A stretch of 62,665 nucleotides of DNA, the filler included, from Collodictyon triciliatum (taxonomy: Eukaryota): NCBI GenBank assembly GCA_043381765.1. It is 40 parts of 40 records of this genome, joined end to end, with 100 filler letters (N's around TTAATTAATTAA, not from the genome) between each part and the next. Parts side by side here need not be neighbours in the genome. Positions count along the whole stretch, not along the records: positions 53,601 to 55,029 come from JBHJMP010011106.1; positions 55,130 to 56,556 come from JBHJMP010011107.1; positions 56,657 to 58,084 come from JBHJMP010011108.1; positions 58,185 to 59,611 come from JBHJMP010011109.1; positions 59,712 to 61,138 come from JBHJMP010011110.1; positions 61,239 to 62,665 come from JBHJMP010011111.1; 34 more parts are not named here. One strand, written 5' to 3'. Below the pieces are notes generated by a model. It saw only the letters and a program-made list of their open reading frames with translations, was not told where the DNA came from and did no database searches. Position numbers and translations under genes: made by a program. The first letter of the stretch is position 1. Every line of letters begins with the position of its first letter. Of the stretch, positions 53,654-62,665 are shown in pieces.

Positions 53654-54693
53654 CAATGCAGAGTATTTTTCTCCAAGAACTTCAAATCCTTAGAAAGGAG
53701 AGCTTGGATCAAGTGGAGACCATTCATGAACTTGAAACAAAGTGCTGCGGACTTGAGCTGCTCGTGGAGGACTTGAAGCACGAAAATGAACGGCTAAATG
53801 GAGAACTCAAAGAATCCATGGAGTCTCTTCTCGAAAGTAATGACGAGCTTATGATGCTTCAAAAGAAGGCAAGCTGGTTTCTTTGTTTTTGATAAATTGC
53901 TGCGATTGCTTACAAAAGACGCAAAATCGTCTAAAAAAAAGCATCATGGATTCATTCTTATAAAATAGTATTTCGGTCATGAAAAATACTCAACATGTCC
54001 TGGTGTGCAGATATCTTTTATTGTCTTGTATTTCCCGTTATTTCGCGCACCATCAATACACTCATTTATATTGCCTTCGCCTCTGTGATAGGTTTCTTCA
54101 TTGGAAACCTCTGCAAAACGTAACCAGACCGAATCCGAGACCATAGCCCTCATGTCTGATACTATACGCCTTCTTGAAGCAAAAATTGTCCATATTTCCC
54201 TTTCACACCATCAGGAGCTAGACAATCTAAGACGAGATTACGAAGAGAGAATTTACGTACAAGAACAGCAGCATAAGTCTATTCTCCAGTGTGAGCTTTC
54301 GAATCAAGAGCGAGAGTAATTATTAATATGCATTTATAAAAAAAAAAAAAGTACGATTCAACCAACACATTGTATTTTTTCATAAAAATGGTTAAATTGA
54401 GTTATGGGACACAAAATTCATAGAGAATAACAAAATATGACAGATTGCAAACGCACTCCTTCAACCAGCTCGCTCTCTACCTAAAATCTGAAATATTGGA
54501 GCAGAATATTCAGGAGGGAGTTGAGTGGGCTAATGAAGTTCCTGTGAAGGGTCTCTTCGATGAGGCCCGAGAATCAGGAGTTCAATATTCATCCTGGTTG
54601 ATGTGGATTCGAACCAAATGTTTTGCTACCATGCAAAAGTTCCGCTCGGTCCGCTCTCGCAAATCCTCAGCTGTGGCATCATCCTCGTCATAA
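53654..54693 (+). CDS. Coiled-coil hypothetical protein, last three exons (one GC-AG intron, 53869-54091)
   Basis: Three E/L-rich open exons join in frame using the AAG|GCAAGC donor; TAA at 54691-54693. Confidence 0.65.
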
Positions 54694-55241
54694 GGCCACG
54701 GCAATCTATCCTTCAGAGGTGATATGTGCCCCACCATCTCGCCTTACTGCGGGCTGGGCGGAGCTGGCCTCCTGAAGGAAAGATACCCACCCTTCATACA
54801 TTTCTCTCTTCTCTTCTCTCTGGACATACCAGCACCAGATACAACGCAACCACCCCGTTGGTTGTCTGCATATACCCATATCCCATGGCAAGTCTTTAAG
54901 AGTACTTTTCAGGAATAAACTTTTGTACGCATCTTTTTTTCTTTTTTCTTTTTTCTTTTTTCTTTTTTCTTTTTTCTTTTTTCTTTTTTCTTTTTTCTTT
55001 TTTCTTTTTTCTTTTTTCTTTTTTCTTTTNNNNNNNNNNNNNNNNNNNNNNNNNNNNNNNNNNNNNNNNNNNNTTAATTAATTAANNNNNNNNNNNNNNN
55101 NNNNNNNNNNNNNNNNNNNNNNNNNNNNNAAAAACGAAGAAAAAAACGAAGAAAAAAACGAAGAAAAAAACGAAGAAAAAAACGAAGAAAAAAACGAAGA
55201 AAAAAACGAAGAAAAAAACGAAGAAAAAAAGAAGCTTTACC

Positions 55242-55443
55242 AGGCACATAAAAATCAAGTATAACCATCTTTGACTGCAGGACTTTTTCGTTAAAGTTAT
55301 CCGCGTTCACTTCCTCCACCAGCCGATCAGTCAACCCAGTGGCGGAATCAGCGGTCTCTTCCGCGAGGGTTCGAACAAGACAAACGCACAAAAGAAGCGA
55401 AGCAACGACGCCCGCAAGCTGTGACTTTCTCATGGCTTTCATT
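55242..55443 (-). CDS. Secretory thioredoxin/PDI-family protein, first exon
   Basis: Signal peptide, then VEEVNADNFNEKVLQSKMVILDFYVP followed by a GT donor; CxxC not visible. Confidence 0.75.
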
Positions 55444-55811
55444 TTCCTACAGAAACTTGCCTGATCGTTCGAGAGAAGAGAGGGAGAGAGGGAGAGAGGG
55501 AGAAAGGGAGAAAGGGAGAAAGAGACCAGGTGAGCAAGAGCAACCAATAACCTTATTAGCTGTTGACTGCAGAGGGACACCCAGGATTTTGGGCTTTCAG
55601 CTGTCAAACTGTGTGGGCATTCAAACACGCGACCTTCGTTTGCTTTGTCGTTGCTCCCAAAGAGATAATTTCGGGTGTTTGATCATGGCTTGCAAAGTAT
55701 TTATACTGCAGCAGCCTTATCTTTATGGAGCGCTTTTCAAACCTTTGAATTCCTCGGCTGGGGCTCAAATACCAGAGCAGCACGCACAAGAGCCGTATGA
55801 TACTGGGTATG

Positions 55812-56190
55812 CGTATCTTCATGTGTATCTTCATTGTGTATCTTCATTTGTATCTTCATGTGTATCTTCATGTGTATCTTCATTTGTATCTTCATGTGTA
55901 TCTTCATGTGTATCTTCATGTGTATCTTCATGTGTATCTTCATGTGTATCTTCGTGTGTATCTTCATGTGTATCTTCATGTGTATCTTCATGTGTATCTT
56001 CATTGTGTATCTTCATTGTGTATCTTCATGTGTATCTTCATGTGTATCTTCATGTGTATCTTCATTTGTATCTTCATTGTGTATCTTCATGTGTATCTTC
56101 ATGTGTATCTTCGTGTGTATCTTCATGTGTATCTTCGTGTGTATCTTCATGTGTATCTTCATGTGTATCTTCATGTGTATCTTCATGTGT
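55812..56190 (+). repeat. 12-bp tandem repeat (GTATCTTCATGT)n, probably intronic
   Basis: About 30 near-perfect units directly after a GTATGC donor-like site. Confidence 0.92.
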
Positions 56191-56656
56191 CTGCCATCGT
56201 AACAGTAATAGTAATAGAAATAGTAATCGCATTTGCGATTGCATTTTCCCATTTATTCTATACCAAGAGCTGCATTAGATTCTATTGCGCCAATATGTCA
56301 GCTTTTCCAAGATTTTTTTAAAAAATAGGTCTACTATATTTGATGGATTGTAAGCAGCTATTAACAAGAAGCTCCCTCCAGGCATCTTTGGGGTCTATAA
56401 ACACATTTATACATCTTTCTTATAAAGCCGTTTGGAGCCCATGACAATAATAATAATAATAACAATAACAATAACAATAACAATAACAATAACAATAACA
56501 ATAACAATAACAATAACAATAACAATAACAATAACAATAATAACAATAATAACAATNNNNNNNNNNNNNNNNNNNNNNNNNNNNNNNNNNNNNNNNNNNN
56601 TTAATTAATTAANNNNNNNNNNNNNNNNNNNNNNNNNNNNNNNNNNNNNNNNNNNN

Positions 56657-56710
<54 letters not shown>

Positions 56711-57173
56711 ATCATCCTCGTGACAAGCAAACAAGCAGCAGAAGTGGCGGACAACCTCCCTTCCGAGTAACAATACAAATGCGCTGAAAGTGATTCCTTT
56801 TCCTCTTTTCTCCCACCCGCAGAAAACTCTTCGCATCACCGACTCGCGCCGCTCTCCTTGTCGAACTAGCAGTAGGTTTGTGACAGTTTTCTCGATCATT
56901 AACCGCGTTTTGAAGCAACCTCTGTGTTCCTGTCGCTAGATCAACGCTCAAGTCTCTGCGTTTATTTATTTTTTTGTCCGCCAGCTTTTCTTGTTGTATA
57001 CCTGCCTTCATAATTGATATTCCCTTTGACTGGATATTGTTTTCGAGTGCCTGTTTTCTGCGTGTGGAGCTATCATTTTCACTTCTCCATATTTATTTTC
57101 TCCAACTCCAAAGCAGCATTGAGGGGGAGTAAGTGAGAGATAACTCCCTACCTAACGTGGCAGCATAAAAGAG

Positions 57174-57900
57174 ATGCAGACAACTACGCTGGTCTCTGAA
57201 GAGCTTCCGCTTGCCCTGATTCTCCGTTCACAGGAGGCAGTTATATCAAACATTGAAGATGCCGCACGTCCTTTTGTCGGCTCTGCTGACAGAGCCCGCA
57301 AGAAGGTTCGTTTGTTAATTGTTTTTTATTTGTTTTATTTGTTTTATTTGTTTTATTTGTTTTATTTGTTTTATTTGTTTTATTTGTTTTATTTGTTTTA
57401 TTTGTTTTATTTGTTTTTTCTATCTATTATTATCTTGTTAAAATCAAACATCGTTCGATTGATGTCCATAACCATTTCCTTTCATTGCAACAGGGCTCTG
57501 AAGAACTCATGGAGTCTGGTATTTGGGCTGAGTTTCCACGCAACCAGAGCTTCTATAAAACATGCATGCAATCATTTTCTTCCATCAACGGGTAACCCTT
57601 AATTCATAATGTAATATATTTTTATTCATCTTATAGCCTCCTTTACTCATTTATGAATGTTTTGACACCTCTTTACGCATTCAATTACTGGCAATTCTTT
57701 TGTTTTATTTTGTTTTTTTGCATTTCTTAAGGTCCGTGCTTGGAAATTTTGTCCGCTTACTAATCGTGTGGATACCTGGGGTCACCTTGAGTACACAGCA
57801 CCAGCGAGCTAAAAATCAGCAGCAATGTTGTTTTGAGGCTTTTTCTAGAAAAGTTTCACCCAGTTTGCTGTCAGAAGGGCAACGAATCATCGATATATTG
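57174..57900 (+). CDS. Hypothetical protein, first three exons
   Basis: ATG at 57174; exons join in frame across GT-AG introns; no family recognised. Confidence 0.5.
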
Positions 57901-58027
57901 GTAGCTCACCTCATTGATGAAATTTAATGATAGGACTGATAATCATTTTCCTTCTTTTCTTCGAAATGAAAATAGCCTGTTCTTTGCTTTTGTTTTTGGT
58001 TTTTTTTGTTTTTTTTTTGTTTTTTTT

Positions 58028-58084
<57 letters not shown>

Positions 58085-58336
58085 NNNNNNNNNNNNNNNN
58101 NNNNNNNNNNNNNNNNNNNNNNNNNNNNTTAATTAATTAANNNNNNNNNNNNNNNNNNNNNNNNNNNNNNNNNNNNNNNNNNNNAAAATAAAATAATGCG
58201 CTCAATCATCTCTTAATACCTGAAATGATGTCTTTAAAAGCTATTCTGCAAGGTGTTGATCTATTTACGCACAAAAAAAAAAGTTCTTTTCACTAAAGTA
58301 AACCCTTTACGCCGTCTTTGCTTCTGTATGTACTAG

Positions 58337-59281
58337 CGGATTCTACGCGGGAGTAGAGCCACCAGATGTCTACTATGAGCTCAACTTCTGTGCCGAGGCT
58401 GTCTCGAGATCTTGCGCTTCGTATATTTATCTATCTATTCGTTTCATCATTATTATAATTATATATCACCACGCATATGCATAATAAGTTACTTTTATTT
58501 CAAACCCTGCATATATATGATCGGGAGGAATCTTTCGAAAATATTCTTTCAAAAAATAGAAGCAATATGAACTCGATGGGCATCGAAATTATCTATGACC
58601 AGTGCAGTTCGATAGTCCCCAAGGATTCAAGCCCCACGTTTTCCTTCGTGAACGGTACAATATATTTGTCGATGACTACCATATCCACTAGACTTTATGT
58701 TGAAGATTATTGCGTACGAAATTTTCTTGTTATCTATTTGGAAGAGAATTTAATAATCTACTACGAGCCTTTTTTTTTATATATTTTTTTACTTTCTTTC
58801 CGAGGAAAAGCATCTGGAGCTCAGAAATCAATAAGCCATTACAAAAATATGCAAATAAAATCAATCACGATATTTATACAATTTGCTCTGAATTGTAGGT
58901 AGGAATGACATAGATGGTATCCTGATGAGATTTTCGGACGGTGGAAAATCCTTAGTATATGAGCTCATATGCAGAAGCGGTTTGTTTCCAGTAGAGCCAT
59001 TTGAGGTGACATTTATGTGAAAAATTAAAGCGATCATCGTGTATCCAATATATATATAACTTCAACCCAAAATAAAAAGAAAAATGATTGAAAAGAATGA
59101 CAAGGAAATCAACCATCTTACTCGCTTCATCCAATCACATATCCTATAATCCCCACTCACAAAAACATATTGTTAGATAAGAATCAACCAGGGAGAATAC
59201 AAAGCCATCAGACTGGGAACTTCATGCGCATGTGGAACCAGTCTTCCTAACAAGGAGCCGGGAGTTATTCTGAACCTCTAA
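58337..59281 (+). CDS. Mannose-6-phosphate receptor homology (MRH/ATG27-like) domain protein
   Basis: YYELNFCAEAVSRSC|...QCSSI...|GILMRFSDG...YELIC...|IRLGTSCAC; cysteine spacing resembles the MRH fold. Confidence 0.5.
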
Positions 59282-59711
59282 GCAGAAGCTGAGCTGGATG
59301 CGATCCGCACTCCCAATGGCACATGACACCCAAAGCAGGCATCCGCTGGAGCAACGATTAAACACACCCACAAATATTTTCCACAAATAGAAAAAACAAT
59401 ATATCGATTGCTTTTGTCTCGAAGGCCGTTTGGCATATACGAGAGGCTGTCTAGACACAGCTGCCTATCAAACAGTAAGCAATAAAATACACCAGGAAAG
59501 AGGAAGGCAAGCGAGCGACATCACGAACCAAACATGACCAATCTAAATATGCAAAAACAAAACAAAAACAACACAAATCAGCAACAAACTTAAGACAAAC
59601 AAACAAAAAAANNNNNNNNNNNNNNNNNNNNNNNNNNNNNNNNNNNNNNNNNNNNTTAATTAATTAANNNNNNNNNNNNNNNNNNNNNNNNNNNNNNNNN
59701 NNNNNNNNNNN

Positions 59712-60900
59712 GGCTCTAGGGGTCTGCCCATGGTGATATATTTTCAAGTACCAGGTTAAAACAAACAAACAAACAAACAAACAAACAAACAAACAAACAA
59801 ACAAACAAACAAACAAACAAACAAACAAACAAACAAACAAAAACAAACAAACAAACAAACAAACAAAAATAAACAAAAATAAACAAAAATAAACAAAAAT
59901 AAACAAAAACAATTAATAGAAGAAAAGTGGGAAATCAATAGATTAAATATCTAACCAAACCAAAAAAAAAAAAAAAGAGTGAATGCTCCCTGTCGTTAAG
60001 AGTCTATCAATATTGGACTATTTTTATACCTATCTGACTTGTCCGTTTCTGTACTTCCAATGCGTCGAACAACAGATATACCCGAACTGACACGGCCAAA
60101 TATTGTATGTTTACCTATGATGTTATGTTTATGAATAACTATGCTTTTCCATACCCCTTAAGATAATATTTTTATTCGGCAAATACTACTGCAATATGAG
60201 TGATTGTATAAATAATGCTAATTACCGTCCAAATGAGGACACGGTGCCAAAGTAACGAAAAACTGGCTCTTGTTTGTATTCGGCCCAGAATTAGCCATGC
60301 TTAGAATACCAGCTCCAGTGTGCTTCAATTCACCTGTTATCTCGTCCGCGAAAGTACCTCTTCGATTTTGATGAATATGCAAAGAGAGAGGTAATAAATT
60401 ATTTCCTTATTTAGATCGTCGCTTCATCATTTGTTGTTATGGGAGAACTAGTAAAGAAAAAAGTACATTCACCGAACGATAATATCGAATATTCGTGTAA
60501 TCTTAAAATGTATGATTCTTACAATTGTCGTAATATCCTTTTCCTTTTTTTTAAAAAAAAAATTATCATGATAATGGTACATAATACAAAGATAAGGATG
60601 ATTAAATACCCATAGATAGAGTCCCCTCCTCGCCCTGTACCGGTCGGATCACCTCCCTAAGTTGAGAAATGGATGTAAAATTTTTTAAGACTAGCTTCAT
60701 GGAAATATATCTGAGATCATCCGAGAAAAGAACTTCTGTAGTGTGGTCTCAAATAAATTTTAGCCCGTAAGATTTACACAGAAAAGTGAAATGCTTTATC
60801 TTTTACAAGAGAAGTATAAGCGAATGTAAAAGTAAAAGCATAAAAAAAAAAAAAGAAGAAGAGGAAATAGAGAAAGATTGATTACCTGGAACATAAAGTC
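59712..60900 (-). CDS. PPIL1: Cyclophilin-type peptidyl-prolyl isomerase, PPIL1-like
   Basis: [60 protein letters not shown]...[11 protein letters not shown]...DR|PL. Confidence 0.92.
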
Positions 60901-61085
60901 CTAGACCAGCCGGAGAAATAGATTTGGAGAGGACAAAGAATAAAATAGTATTGATAATGAAATTAATTTAAAATTCAATTAAATTTAATGATGTTACTTT
61001 ATTTACTCTAGACTGTACCTAACTTGACTGATGTTGGGGGAGGGGGGTAAATCATCACAGGGATCGTTTTATAATATGACTGAAA

Positions 61086-61138
<53 letters not shown>

Positions 61139-61238
61139 NNNNNNNNNNNNNNNNNNNNNNNNNNNNNNNNNNNNNNNNNNNNTTAATTAATTAANNNNNN
61201 NNNNNNNNNNNNNNNNNNNNNNNNNNNNNNNNNNNNNN

Positions 61239-62416
61239 TCAGATTCAGATTCAGATTCAGATTCAGATTCAGATTCAGATTCAGATTCAGATTCAGATTC
61301 AGATTCAGATTCAGATTCAGATTCAGATTCAGATTCACTTGTTGACTTCAAGGAATAGGATATAGATAACGTTTCGGGAGTCCCTTCGAAGCTATCAAAT
61401 AGAGGAGATAGCGTTTCTGATGTTGAAGTCGACGGTGATGCAGACAACTTACTTTCCGAAAACGATTCTGACTCGGATCCGCTACTTGAGACTGTAGAAC
61501 ATGATTTTGGAGCAGCCGTGTCTTCCATCGCTCCTGACAGGAACTGGGAGGGTGAACCTGATCCAGAAAAAGATAATGATGATGCAGTGCTATCCGATGA
61601 TGATGATATTGAACACTCAGATTCGCTGTTCGACTTCGAATCATGGGATACCGATTCAGGTGTATATTCGGATTCGGATCCGCTTGTTGGTGCATATTTA
61701 GATTTCGATTTAGATTTAGATTTAGATTCAGACTCAGACTCAGACTCAGACTCATTAGTTGAATCATGATCACATGACTTCGTTTCACCTGTAGATTCAA
61801 AAGATTGGGTCATCGTGGGTGAGAAAGAATCGGACTCTGAGTGTGAAAGGGATGAAATTATTCGATTGTCAAAGAATTTTTTGGTTTCAGATGGAATCCC
61901 CGACATAATTTCTCCATATCCATAACTCTCTGGATGGAGGGTTTCTTGGTTCTCTAGACTTCTTTGAGGTATCAGCCCAGAAGAATATTCTTTCTCCTTG
62001 AACTCTAACGAAGCTGGCAAATTTAAATCATTACTCAAAATGATTGATGGTCCTTTGCTGAATGAATCTGAATTAAGATCATATTCATGACCGGTTTTAA
62101 ACTCTGAAGCCTCTCGATTCGACGAAGGAGGCAAATTCTTACCTAAGTTAGTGCCCAAGGTTTGTAAGAATGGTTCTTCTAAAAAAAACTGCGAATAGTG
62201 ATATATATGACTTATATATATTGTAATACCTTTAATGTCATCTTCGACATTAATATGCTCGACTTTGTTGTCTAAAATTTCGTAGGTTTGATGACTCGTA
62301 AAACTTAGAGCTGAGGTCAATTGGTCCACAAATGTGGACGGCTCTCCCACTAACATAAAATTTTTCGGCAGGTTCAAGAGATTTTGTTGCGAAAATGTTA
62401 ATGTTAAGTGAGACAT
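61239..62416 (-). CDS. Ser/Glu-rich protein fragment with (SE)n and (SK)n tracts
   Basis: Intron-free open frame of about 390 aa running into (GAATCT)n at the contig end. Confidence 0.7.
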
Positions 62417-62665
62417 TATTGAATATATTATTTTTCTTTGAACTTAACCAGTTTCAAAAAAAACGTGTAAACTGTGCTTACATAAATAATAAAATGTGAT
62501 TGTCATAGCTCAGATTTTACAATAAAAAGAGTGTTCACTTATTAAGATTCATACAGTATGTGTGTGTGTATGTATGTATGTATGTATGTATGTATGTATG
62601 TATGTATGTATGTATGTATGTATGTATGTATGTATGTATGTATGTATGTATGTATGTATGTATGT

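Noticed and set aside
59139-59150. ATATCCTAT as another U12 donor
   Set aside because: It lies inside a GT-AG intron whose removal already gives an in-frame PFE|IRINQG junction.

Overview
This is not contiguous DNA. It is about 40 unplaced contigs of roughly 1.43-1.44 kb, sorted by decreasing length and joined by a 100-nt artificial spacer (N44-TTAATTAATTAA-N44). Neighbourhood across spacers therefore means nothing. The source is an AT-rich, intron-rich, microsatellite-laden eukaryote using the standard code. It is probably flagellated (IQUB and an axonemal-dynein-light-chain-like gene are present). Most contigs break at simple-sequence repeats and carry spliced fragments of ordinary genes: TTBK, C2CD5, APEH, IQUB, CCA-adding enzyme, ABCC, PC-esterase, a TKL kinase, eIF3f, LCAT/PLA2G15, bestrophin, PMT, ADCK1, a PDI-like protein, an MRH-domain protein and PPIL1. 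Five items stand out, none called by the ORF track. (1) Two decayed, overlapping copies of a Fanzor1-like gene (eukaryotic TnpB/Cas12 relative, RNA-guided nuclease family) together cover the N-terminus through RuvC-I (34174-34925 + and 41359-41906 -). (2) A clear AT-AC minor-spliceosome (U12) intron lies in TTBK, with further candidates elsewhere. (3) A non-LTR retrotransposon family is present in three copies, one 5'-truncated with a 16-bp target-site duplication. (4) An intronless orphan ORF of possible viral origin is split at an A10 run. (5) A set of long Ser-X dipeptide-repeat proteins is encoded by microsatellite-like DNA. All family assignments come from manual translation and remembered motifs, not database searches.
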